Below, in pieces: positions 10,976-20,535 of a stretch of DNA of 64,000 nucleotides; the first letter of the stretch is position 1, and each line of letters opens with the position of its first letter. The notes under the pieces are model-generated. The model made no database searches, was not told the DNA's origin, and saw only the letters and a list, made by a program, of their open reading frames with translations. Made by a program: the position numbers and the translations under genes. This DNA is from Andalucia godoyi And28 (Eukaryota; Protista; Jakobida): contig VRVR01000004.1 in NCBI GenBank assembly GCA_009859145.1, forward strand, positions 170,677-234,676, in the 5' to 3' direction.

Positions 10976-12266
10976 GTAATTAACCTTTACAATCACAATA
11001 GCCAACAACAACAACAATAGCAGCAGCAGCAGGAGGAGGAGGAGGAGGAGGAGTTGCACACTTTTCATCATTGTGATAAAATAGCAGAATGTCTCAGTAT
11101 CGGGAAGGAAAATTGAGTCCTGAACCCGGCGGTTACTGAATTTGGTCTTCCAAGTACGCAGACCGACGCATCCACAAGTTTCGCAAGCCAACAAGCAGCG
11201 GGACAAGCACGAGCAAAATGATTAAGACGTTGAATGCTCGTGAGCACTGCACTATCCAATCATTCTGTGTGCTTCGGTGTGCAGATCGCATCCAAAAACT
11301 TCTCAACAAGCCCAAAGAAAGCGAAGAGAACCGAGTGTTTGCGCCGCTGTGCGTGAGTCCAAGTGCGCACGCGAGAAAAGACCAAAGATGCAAACCACGA
11401 GCCACAAACCACCAGAACCGACAACAACAACAACAACAACAAAAAAAAAAAAAAAACTTGAATTTGCGACATTTGAAAATCCCAAAAGTTGAAAACAACC
11501 CAACTGTCATCTGCTGAACCAAGCGGTCGTAGCCACAGGCCAACATGTATTATTTTTCGCTTGTCAAAATTCAAATTGAACTCGATTGATGTGTCTCTCC
11601 GATCCGCTCTTGTCCCAAAAGCAATTCGACTGACTTCATCAAGAAGGTTATAATAGGGGACGCCGTTTCTGTTTACCCCCGACTACAACCCAGCCGCCTA
11701 TCAGACCTCACCTGGAGGAGGCTTGCTCTCTCTTATGCTTTTTGCCTTTTTGCTGAAGCTCGTTTTCACAAAACAACAATCCTTTAAATACGTTCACTCA
11801 TATATATATATATTTCTCTTCTTTTCATGTATTTTCTTTCTTCTTCTTCCATTCATTTCTTTTATTTTATTTGTACTTTTATATTTTTTACTTTTATATT
11901 TTTGAATTTTTAAAATATTCACTTTTTCCCTTTCTTCTTCTTCTTCTTCTTGTTGTTGTTGTTGTTGTTGTTGTTGTCGTCGTCGTCCTTTTGTTTTTTC
12001 TTTCTTTCCTTCGCCTGTCTTTCGCGCTCCACGAGTCTTTCGCTCTTCTGTTATATATCCGAAGCGTTGGCAGGAAAGCAAGGGACAGAACCAGGATTGT
12101 TTTGGCATCTACATTCGTAAGTCTGACAGGGAAGAGAAGAAAAAAAGGTTGAAGTAAGAGAGTGATCTGTTTAAGCAGCGTTTTGTTCTGTTCTGTTTTG
12201 TGTTTTGTTTTCTTCCTTTAATTATCATTGTTCTTTTTTCTTGGTGGGTCTTCTTGGGTTGATTGA

Positions 12267-13928
12267 ATGAATCCGCAAGAAAGTGCGAACAATTCGGTTT
12301 CGACGGAACCAAGTGAAGCTGTGGCTGCGGCGGGCTCGTCGTCGGCTGGATCGGCGGCGGTGGTGGTGCCTGTGGTGGTGCCTGTCTCTGCATCTCTGGT
12401 AACGTCGACATCGACATCGACATCGACATCCGGTTCGTCATTGGGAACTTCAACGACGGCAGCGAATGGCGGGGCGGATTCGGCGGATTCTGGGATTGTG
12501 CCGTCTGCAATAGCGACGACGGAAGCAGAATGTGCGTTGCGCAGATCTAGGTCGAATGGAATGGAAGCAGAGCTTGCGGCAGAAGGGCTCATCTCATCGG
12601 AGCGGGCTTCGCAGTTTGTGTTGGCGTACAGAGATCCCTCGCTACAGATTGTGTGCTTGCGCTGCCAGTGGGTGCCTCACGGAAGGAATGTGGAGCCTAC
12701 TCTGGACTTTCCCACACCGCTGACGTGCGGAAACACGTACAGGCTGATTTTTGACGTGTTTACGACTACGCTGCCGAGATATGGACTCTTGGCTGGAGTT
12801 GAACTTGCGGAAGGGTCTACAGGACTTACTGCAAGCTCATTCAAGAAGAATCACATGTCACGAGGTATGTTCACGTCATCGCCACACATGTACCGTGGAA
12901 AGCTGTGTGGCTTCAAGCACAGGGCGCTTGTACTTGTGAAGATCCCGCACGTTCCAAAGGATGTGTTGGCAGTGCCAGGACTGACGTTCCGCATGTCTCT
13001 TTCGGCGTACATCTATACCGGTCCTGTCAATGAGCCCCGAAGTGGATGTCGGCTGTACATGCGCTTCTTATCGGCACCGTTCAAGCTGCATCCCATGAAC
13101 ACGACGGGACTCGACGTCAGCAAGCTTGCAGCGATTGAAGCTCTTGAAAGAGAGATCAGACCGTACCTTGCGCCATGCGTCGTTTCGGTTGCAGAAAGGG
13201 AAAAGCGAGCGCGTGACTGGCAGCTGCAGCTCAAGAAGTCTGAGGAGGCGGAGAGGCTTGCCGCCGAGTTGCAAGCAATTCGACAACAGCAAGAGTCAGA
13301 CAAGACCCGGACTCGCATGTTGCAAATGCAGCGAGAACGTCTTGAGGAACGCGAACGAATGCTCGAACAAATGAGACATCAGAGAAAGAAGAGGCTTGCC
13401 GGTGCCTCTACGTATGTTGATGACGACGACGACGACGATGATGATGATGATGATGACGATCGTGCAGGAGATGATTCAAGTGTGTTTAAAGACGGAATTG
13501 CTGCTGCTGCTGCTGCTGCTGTTTTGACGTCTGCGACTCCTGTTGTGGTGCAAGTTGGTCATGGCTCTCCTATTGGAAATGGAACACGTGTGGATGCGCA
13601 GTCGTCCATTGTAGAGTCCAATGCTGCTTGCCACTTCATCGAACCGAACAGCTCTCTGGAAACACTGCGGCTGTCGTCGGATATTTCGGAACAGTCGGAA
13701 AACCAGGTTGTGTGTGATGTGCATGGGAATTCAAGTGACAGTGATTCTGAAGTCGAGTACGACGTTGAAGATGTTGTGGCTGTAGATGCCGATGAACATG
13801 ACGATGAAGGCGCCGATGATGATGTTGATGATGATGAGAACGGTAATGAACTGGACGAGGATGACGAGGTGGAAGGAGACCTGTTCGATTGCGAATTGGA
13901 GTCCACCGCCAAGAGCGCCCGCGTTTGA
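12267..13928 (+). CDS. Hypothetical protein (low-complexity N-terminus, globular middle, coiled coil, acidic tail)
   Basis: 553-aa ATG-started ORF; no family recognised. Confidence 0.65.
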   Translation: MNPQESANNSVSTEPSEAVAAAGSSSAGSAAVVVPVVVPVSASLVTSTSTSTSTSGSSLGTSTTAANGGADSADSGIVPSAIATTEAECALRRSRSNGMEAELAAEGLISSERASQFVLAYRDPSLQIVCLRCQWVPHGRNVEPTLDFPTPLTCGNTYRLIFDVFTTTLPRYGLLAGVELAEGSTGLTASSFKKNHMSRGMFTSSPHMYRGKLCGFKHRALVLVKIPHVPKDVLAVPGLTFRMSLSAYIYTGPVNEPRSGCRLYMRFLSAPFKLHPMNTTGLDVSKLAAIEALEREIRPYLAPCVVSVAEREKRARDWQLQLKKSEEAERLAAELQAIRQQQESDKTRTRMLQMQRERLEERERMLEQMRHQRKKRLAGASTYVDDDDDDDDDDDDDDRAGDDSSVFKDGIAAAAAAAVLTSATPVVVQVGHGSPIGNGTRVDAQSSIVESNAACHFIEPNSSLETLRLSSDISEQSENQVVCDVHGNSSDSDSEVEYDVEDVVAVDADEHDDEGADDDVDDDENGNELDEDDEVEGDLFDCELESTAKSARV

Positions 13929-14264
13929 AGATTGTTCTCGCACTCCGAGGCAAGAAGATTGAAAGGTGGAGCTCGTGACGTGCCAGTATGTGCGTACTGC
14001 TTCCTTTTTCTACATGGACCCACTGCTTCCTGCAAAGCAAAAAAAAAAAACCCCTTTTTGCAATTATAGGAATTCATTATGTCAAAATATCAAGCGTCAC
14101 CGTATCCTGCAGTCAGGACGTATCATAAAGTGTACAAGAAACTTTCAAATTCACTCGGTGCTCTTTTTCATATGTCGTTGTTTTCTTTTTTGCGTAACAT
14201 GTACAAGAAAATAGGTTAGAGAGAGAGAGAGAGACACACACACACACACGCGGGCGCGCGCGAA

Positions 14265-16346
14265 CTAGTCTCGCAACTGCAAAAATATCTTTTTGAGCAA
14301 CCTTGCCTCTCGACTAACGGTGTGGAACTCCATTTCTGGGTCGTTTGGATCAGCAAGCGGATCGATCTTCGTCTTGATCCCCTTTCCATACTTGTCCGCT
14401 GCGTCTAAAAATCCAAGAATCTCCGTAAAGGAAGCATCCTTCAAGGACAACATATGCTTTGCAAGCTGCTCGGCCAGTGCGAGGAAGCAACGCTTGGCAT
14501 AAAACCATGTGTCCACCATGAGCTTCTGCTGATAGGGCTCGAGGGACTTGATGATGCGCGAAATACCGAATTCGAAATTGCCCTTTGCACAGTAAAGGGT
14601 ACCAATAACCAAATTGACGATGCAGAGATGGAGGACAGACTGTTGATTCGCGGGAGGACCGCCAGGAGATCCCGGAGACGTCGCTGGGGAATTGGAGCCA
14701 CCGGCCTTTCCGCTGCCGAATGTGACCCGCTCTTCCTCTCTTTCGATCGAACGCATCAGCTCCTCGGCAAGTTCATTTTGAGAAGTCATGATGAGGGAAA
14801 CGCACAAGTTTGCCAGGACAATCGCAGGCACGCTAAGCACATCCGTAGTAGCCTTCTTCACAAACGGCTCATAGTAACGAATGGCCTCCTTGTACTTGTT
14901 TTCTTGCATGAAGAAGGTGTGCGCCAGGTTCAATTTCCAAGTATCGTGCTCGGAACAGAATTCCGAAGACTGCCGGAAGATCTTCTCGACTGCATCATAA
15001 TTTTCCAAGTCCCAGAAAATCTTGGCCATTGCCATAAGCACTGGAATGTACTTCTCCAGAGACTCGTCATATTCCTTCAGTGCAGTCTTGATACCCTCTG
15101 AATCTCGACGAACGCGAGAATCCTGTATTTGCTTGGTGAGCTTTCGCAAAACGTCAACATGCTTCGTTGCGAGATCGTCAAACTTGCGAAACGCCTCTTC
15201 AGGAGATGTTTGAGCAGTAATCACGGCGTCCAAGAAATCATACAAGTCCTGCGAAAGGTATTTGTACGTCAGATGTGCGTTCTCGGCCAAGACGTCTGCC
15301 GCCAAATCGTAGTAGCCGTACTTGACATACAAGAGCAGCAAGTTTCCAAATGTCTCGGGAGGAAACGGCGGGCTTTGGAGCAAGAAGTTGAGCTTTGCAA
15401 ATCCACTTGTCGCGTCCTTGTCCATGTTCATGAGAGCTTGGTTGCACAGTGTAACTGCATCCAGTTCGCTTTCCTGTCTCGGAGGCATGTCGGCAAGTGC
15501 CTCCGCTGCATTTCCAGCATTCTTGAGCATGTACTCGATCGCTGCCTTTAAATTGAACGCTTCAATCAGCGCTGTTTCTCTCAGCACGATCGAGTTTCCA
15601 ACCGATCGAACGTCCACGCCCTCGGAAGCCGCACCCACTGACAACTCCGGATGCTCATTGATTCCACGCTCGATGATCTCAGAAATATGTTTGAGTGCCG
15701 CACCATACTGCTTCTGCTTATAATGGCACACCGCGATCGCATAAAGCAGCTGCGCCGAGTATCCGACGACATTCAGTGCATCGTGGAACTTCCTGCGCGC
15801 CTCTTCATACTTCCCCTCCTTGTACAGCAAGCATCCATGCGCAACAATAGCATCTGGATCCGTATCCGGAACCACTTCGTCCACATGCGACCGCGCAGTT
15901 TGCAAGTCATCCATTTCATAATGAATCGCAGCCAACAGCTTCTGAACGCGTTGGTGCGTCTCAGGGGCATCGATCGACATTGCGATTTTCGCTGCATCCG
16001 TATACCGAGCAGCCTTGTAAAGTGTTTGAGCATATGCAATTCGGTACTCGGTGACATTTGGATACAACCGAACAAGCTGTTCATACGAAAACGCAGCATC
16101 TTCATACGATTCTCTCATGTAATCGCAGTAGGCAAGCAAGGAAAGCGCTGCTCTTGAACGCGGAAATTGTTGAAGAATCACTGAAAGAAGAGACGACGCC
16201 TCGGCATACGATCCCTTCTGAACCAATGAATAAATAGTCGTCGTGTACTGGCCCTCTGGAAGAACTCCACCGCCATTTGCACCACCACCACCACCATTCA
16301 TCATTCCAGTCGAGGGCGGGATTCCAGCCGCAGTCCGAGGAAACAT
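14265..16346 (-). CDS. TTC30: Intraflagellar transport protein IFT70/TTC30 (Fleer/DYF-1)
   Basis: EGQYTTTIYSL, SRAALSLLAYC, EHPELSVG, ETALIEAFNLKAAIEY, PPFPPETFGNLLLLY, LHLCIVNLVIGTLYCAKGNFEFGISRIIKSLEPY. Confidence 0.96.
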   Translation of the reverse strand: MFPRTAAGIPPSTGMMNGGGGGANGGGVLPEGQYTTTIYSLVQKGSYAEASSLLSVILQQFPRSRAALSLLAYCDYMRESYEDAAFSYEQLVRLYPNVTEYRIAYAQTLYKAARYTDAAKIAMSIDAPETHQRVQKLLAAIHYEMDDLQTARSHVDEVVPDTDPDAIVAHGCLLYKEGKYEEARRKFHDALNVVGYSAQLLYAIAVCHYKQKQYGAALKHISEIIERGINEHPELSVGAASEGVDVRSVGNSIVLRETALIEAFNLKAAIEYMLKNAGNAAEALADMPPRQESELDAVTLCNQALMNMDKDATSGFAKLNFLLQSPPFPPETFGNLLLLYVKYGYYDLAADVLAENAHLTYKYLSQDLYDFLDAVITAQTSPEEAFRKFDDLATKHVDVLRKLTKQIQDSRVRRDSEGIKTALKEYDESLEKYIPVLMAMAKIFWDLENYDAVEKIFRQSSEFCSEHDTWKLNLAHTFFMQENKYKEAIRYYEPFVKKATTDVLSVPAIVLANLCVSLIMTSQNELAEELMRSIEREEERVTFGSGKAGGSNSPATSPGSPGGPPANQQSVLHLCIVNLVIGTLYCAKGNFEFGISRIIKSLEPYQQKLMVDTWFYAKRCFLALAEQLAKHMLSLKDASFTEILGFLDAADKYGKGIKTKIDPLADPNDPEMEFHTVSREARLLKKIFLQLRD

Positions 16347-16660
16347 CTTTTACTTATTGCGTTAAAGGCAATGTAAAATAATAATGATAAATGTTAATTT
16401 AAATATATATATATATATATAAGAAACGAAGGAAACGAAAAGAATGGGCAAAAGGAGAAAACAAACCCAAACGAGAATACATTAAGACGAAAAACTTAAC
16501 AGTCTCGACTAGTCTCAATTGACGGAATAAAGCGCTGTGTTGTACTGTAGTGTGCTGTAGTCGGCAGTTGGAACCCAGCAGCAAGTTCACCATGCACAGG
16601 ACATTATGGAGTTCGCTTTCTCGACACGCTGCTTCTTCGAGGATCGTTTCCGATACTGCC

Positions 16661-16717
16661 AGGGCAAAGGGCAAAGGGCAAAGGGCAAAGGGCAAAGGGC
16701 AAAGGGCAAAGGGCAAA
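16661..16717 (+). repeat. (GGGCAAA)8 heptamer repeat, G-quadruplex-forming motif
   Basis: Eight GGG runs separated by 4-nt loops, ending 14 nt before the aminotransferase ATG. Confidence 0.85.
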
Positions 16718-16730
16718 TATAGCGAGTTGA

Positions 16731-18140
16731 GTGGAAATGTCAAACAGAGCTGCGGCGCGGTTGCATGGATATCAAACGGCGATTTGGGGCGAGCTCACTG
16801 CAATGTCGAACCGACTTGGAGCAACGAATCTTGGCCAGGGATTTCCTTCGTGGGATGCTGAACCGTTTCTTAAAGACGGTGCAATCAAGGCGATTGCAGG
16901 TCGTGACTACGCTTCGAGCATGGCTCTTCAAAGACCACTAGGCTCCACAAATAACCCAAATTCCGGAGTGCCTACGCAGTTTCCGGTGGTCCCGCTGAAC
17001 CAATACACCCGCTCTGCGGGGCATATGCCACTTGTGAACCGGGTGGCAGACATGTACACTGAGATTCTTGGTTGCAAGATTGATCCAATGACCAATGTGC
17101 TTATTACAAATGGCGCTACGCAGGCAATCTTTAATGTTACGCAGGCGCTGCTGAACCCGGGAGACGAAGCGATTGTCATTGATCCCGCATATGATTCATA
17201 TGCTCCGTGCATCGAGCTTGCTGGCGCGAAGCCTGTTCACGTTCCTCTTACACGAGTTGAACCGCATGGTCCAGACAAGAAGAATCCAGTGCTTGTCGAT
17301 GCGCACTCGCCGATTGCGCAGTGTCCTACAAGTGCCGAGTTTGTGCTGGATGCCGAGGTCCTGGAAAGGAGTGTCACACCCGGCAAGACGAAGCTTATAT
17401 TTGTGAATAACCCGCACAATCCGTCTGGAAAATTATTTTCACTTGCGGAGTTGACGCAGATCGCAAATATCGCAATCAAGCACGACTTGGTGGTCGTTTC
17501 TGACGAGGTATACGAGTTTATGATCTATCCGCCGGTACAGAAACTCGCTCGCATGGCGTCGATTCCAGGCATGTTTGAACGGACGGTGACGTTTGGCTCT
17601 GCTGGGAAAACATTCTCGGTCACTGGGTGGAAGATTGGCTGGTGCGTTGGTCCTCCCTCCATTATCCATCCGATGTTCTTACACCACCAATACACTGTGT
17701 ACTCGGTTGCAACCCCATTGCAAGACGCAGTGTCGTCGGCGATCGCAAATGCTCCCGAACATGATTACTATGCAAGACTGATACGTACTCTGCGAGAGAA
17801 GAGAGACAAACTGTGCAACGTATTGCATGATGTTGGACTGACGCCATTCGTGCCGGAAGGGGCATACTTTGTTCTCGCCGATACTTCCCGGGTCAGGTTC
17901 CCCGAAGATGACGTAGTGAAACGATACGAGGCAAAGGGGCAGAAGCTGAGCAGAGATTTCGCATTTGCTTATTGGCTAATGGAGGAGATTGGAGTTGCTG
18001 CGATTCCACCTTCGATCTTCTACTCCCCAGAAAATAAGCACCTGGCGTCGAACTTGGTCCGTTTCTGCTTTTGCAAGGATGACTCGATCCTGGATGCTGC
18101 GGCGACCAAGTTGCAAAAGCTGAGGCCATTCATTCTGTAA
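16731..18140 (+). CDS. KYAT: Class I/II PLP aminotransferase, kynurenine--oxoglutarate transaminase (KYAT)-like
   Basis: NLGQGFP, NQYTRSAGH, TNGATQA, NNPHNPSGK, SDEVYE, SAGKTFSVTGWKIGW, VRFCFCK. Confidence 0.93.
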   Translation: MEMSNRAAARLHGYQTAIWGELTAMSNRLGATNLGQGFPSWDAEPFLKDGAIKAIAGRDYASSMALQRPLGSTNNPNSGVPTQFPVVPLNQYTRSAGHMPLVNRVADMYTEILGCKIDPMTNVLITNGATQAIFNVTQALLNPGDEAIVIDPAYDSYAPCIELAGAKPVHVPLTRVEPHGPDKKNPVLVDAHSPIAQCPTSAEFVLDAEVLERSVTPGKTKLIFVNNPHNPSGKLFSLAELTQIANIAIKHDLVVVSDEVYEFMIYPPVQKLARMASIPGMFERTVTFGSAGKTFSVTGWKIGWCVGPPSIIHPMFLHHQYTVYSVATPLQDAVSSAIANAPEHDYYARLIRTLREKRDKLCNVLHDVGLTPFVPEGAYFVLADTSRVRFPEDDVVKRYEAKGQKLSRDFAFAYWLMEEIGVAAIPPSIFYSPENKHLASNLVRFCFCKDDSILDAAATKLQKLRPFIL

Positions 18141-18168
18141 AGCGACGTGTATCTCTTTTTGTGCCAAT

Positions 18169-18204
18169 AATCATAATCATAATCATAATCATAATCATAA
18201 TCAT
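18169..18204. repeat. (AATCAT)6 microsatellite between convergent genes
   Basis: Seen directly. Confidence 0.85.
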
Positions 18205-18299
18205 CAATATGATTAAACCATCATGTAGGAAGCACTGACAAAAGGAAAACCCCGAAAGAATAAAGGAAGCGCAGCCTTGACAAGACGAACATTCTCGTT

Positions 18300-20066
18300 T
18301 CATTCTGCTTTCTCAAATGAAGAAGCCGTTCCGAAATGGTCGTTCAGAACGCGTGCAACTAGTTCGTAAGGATCCTTGCCAGTCACTCCAATGGGAAGGC
18401 CGCCTGTGCCGGTATCATCATTAATGCAAACTGTATCCGGCACGACTTGTTTCCACAGCTCTTTCAAACGGAATGCGAATGACGGACTGTTGTCTGACGC
18501 AGACAAAAAGAAGTTCTCTTTCACAATTTTGCTGTTGTGCCGATACGGATACCACGGGTCCCCGGGAGTAGCGTCCCGCGACTTATCGACAGCAGATGCC
18601 AAGAAATCGACTACGGAATCGCACTGCAACAGTACGTCTCGGTAGGAGAGGCTCGCAGACGAATCGCGAAGCGCTTTTCTACAAGCACTATCAAGAGAAA
18701 TAGCGAGCGCTCGAATCTCGTCGGCGGTGACAAGCGCGTCCGCATTTGAATCCAGTCTTGTGCGAACTCCTTCCAAAAACAGCTCCTCTTGGTACCGTTC
18801 CAGACGATAGTGGGTAAACAAGAACTTCACATGAATATCCTTGAAACCTCGGAATTTCCTGCCAGATGCTTCATAAAATTCTCGATTAAATTCCGCGATG
18901 CATTCTCTTGCAACACTTGTCTCCACTATAATGGGCATGTGCGACACATATCCACGCGATCGACGACCAAATCGCTTGTTGAGGAGCGCCGCGGAGTAGT
19001 CCAAGGCATCCCACTCCGAGATTTCTTTGCTTAACGGAAGGGGAGCCTCTGAATTGATGTATCGCACAGCATCCACCGAATTGGATGCCTCCGGAAAGAC
19101 GGCATGACCACGAACTGAGTCTATCCAAGATTGTTTTGTCTGTGGTTTCCCAAACATCATATCGTCGTTCATGATAAACACATATTGCGCAAGGTCCGGT
19201 ATATTGAACAGTTGTGTTTCGATGGCAAAGCTGTTGAAAACGGGAAGTACATGTGGGTCAGTCCACAGTTCCGTGTGCGATGTCAGTCGGACCTTGGGAT
19301 GGTCCACATCCAACCACGATGGAGTCTGGTCATCCGTCACAATATATATTCTACGAACCCATGGAGCATACAATTCAATGGACCGCAGTGCAAATTTTAG
19401 CTCGTCGTGGTTCTTGTACCGCTTCGAGCCCAGCGTATTGTCCTCATTCAACAACTTTTCACGAAACGAATTACCGCCTTTCGGGGCAGAATCAGCATGC
19501 AGGTTTCGCTTCTTCTGCCATGCAGGGTCATCGCCGTCGACCCAGGTGAAAATGACGTCCACTTCTTCGTCGCTTTCCTGGCGGTGGGCCAACAAGGAGG
19601 CAGCCTCGTTTTTGTGAACCGCAGTCGCTTCTGCTTCCGGCCGAGTAGATGAATGATCAGAATCGCCAGCGGAAGCGCTGCGCTTTCCACTATGGGTCCG
19701 GACTCCCTTCCTAGCGACTTTTTGCTGATCATTTGCATGCAACATCGCATTCTTCGTCGAATCCTCTTCTTCTGCAGAACCAGCTGGATACTTCTCCAGA
19801 ATGGATTCGCTCGGACTCCCAGATCCTTTCGCGGACTGGTCCAAACGCTTGGACAATTGATGTAACTGCGCATCCACATCGAGCGGACGCTGCCGAGAGG
19901 CGCAATTCGCATAACCAATCCGTAATCCAAATACAAAAGCCAGTGTTAGAAGCAGAGGAGTCGCAAAAACCAGCACCGCCGTCTTTCGAAAGTTGTGTCC
20001 AGAAAAACTTCCAGCGTACATCGACACGCCGCCGGCCGAAAACGGCGCATTCATTCGATTCAACAT
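18300..20066 (-). CDS. Stealth-family (GlcNAc-1-phosphotransferase-like) type II membrane protein, paralog 1
   Basis: N-terminal TM; CR1 VDVIFTWVDGDD; CR2 DELKFALRSIELYAPWVRRIYIVTD, FNSFAIE, NDDMMFG; CR3 HMP; EF-hand-like DSNADALVTADE; CR4 CINDD. Confidence 0.9.
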   Translation of the reverse strand: MLNRMNAPFSAGGVSMYAGSFSGHNFRKTAVLVFATPLLLTLAFVFGLRIGYANCASRQRPLDVDAQLHQLSKRLDQSAKGSGSPSESILEKYPAGSAEEEDSTKNAMLHANDQQKVARKGVRTHSGKRSASAGDSDHSSTRPEAEATAVHKNEAASLLAHRQESDEEVDVIFTWVDGDDPAWQKKRNLHADSAPKGGNSFREKLLNEDNTLGSKRYKNHDELKFALRSIELYAPWVRRIYIVTDDQTPSWLDVDHPKVRLTSHTELWTDPHVLPVFNSFAIETQLFNIPDLAQYVFIMNDDMMFGKPQTKQSWIDSVRGHAVFPEASNSVDAVRYINSEAPLPLSKEISEWDALDYSAALLNKRFGRRSRGYVSHMPIIVETSVARECIAEFNREFYEASGRKFRGFKDIHVKFLFTHYRLERYQEELFLEGVRTRLDSNADALVTADEIRALAISLDSACRKALRDSSASLSYRDVLLQCDSVVDFLASAVDKSRDATPGDPWYPYRHNSKIVKENFFLSASDNSPSFAFRLKELWKQVVPDTVCINDDTGTGGLPIGVTGKDPYELVARVLNDHFGTASSFEKAE

Positions 20067-20535
20067 TCCGACACTTCCTATTTGCATTGTTCAATGTCTC
20101 AGCATTGTCTCAAGACGTATTTCTTATTTAATATATATATAAACGAGGTCTTCAAAAGCGCCCAACAATCTCCGCATTCAGCAACACTCTCCTCCCGCCA
20201 AGAGGATCCACACTCCTTTTTTCCTTTTTTTTTTTTCGTTGTAATGCTCCCGACAAGCAGTCTGCGGCAAGCTTGTTCAGTGTTTCACCCACGAAACTTC
20301 GCTGCTGGACGTTTGCCGCCGCTCCGAGATAAATCAAGACAGATGAAGGCGTCTGCTATGACCGCAAACTGTCATGTGCTCATCTTCCGGATCTCCGGAG
20401 AAGTCCGTCTGCTGGTGCTGCAGACGTCGAACTGGCGGACTCCCCAAATTCAGACGATGCTGTGCATTTTCAGCTCGTACAATCTTCCGGTAAAGTACCG
20501 CCAGTCGTCCTCCGTTCACGCAGCACAGTCGTGCC

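Noticed and set aside
16661-16717. Telomere-like or CRISPR-like reading of the GGGCAAA repeat
   Set aside because: No spacers, and the unit is not a TTAGGG/TTTAGGG variant; treated as a G4-forming microsatellite
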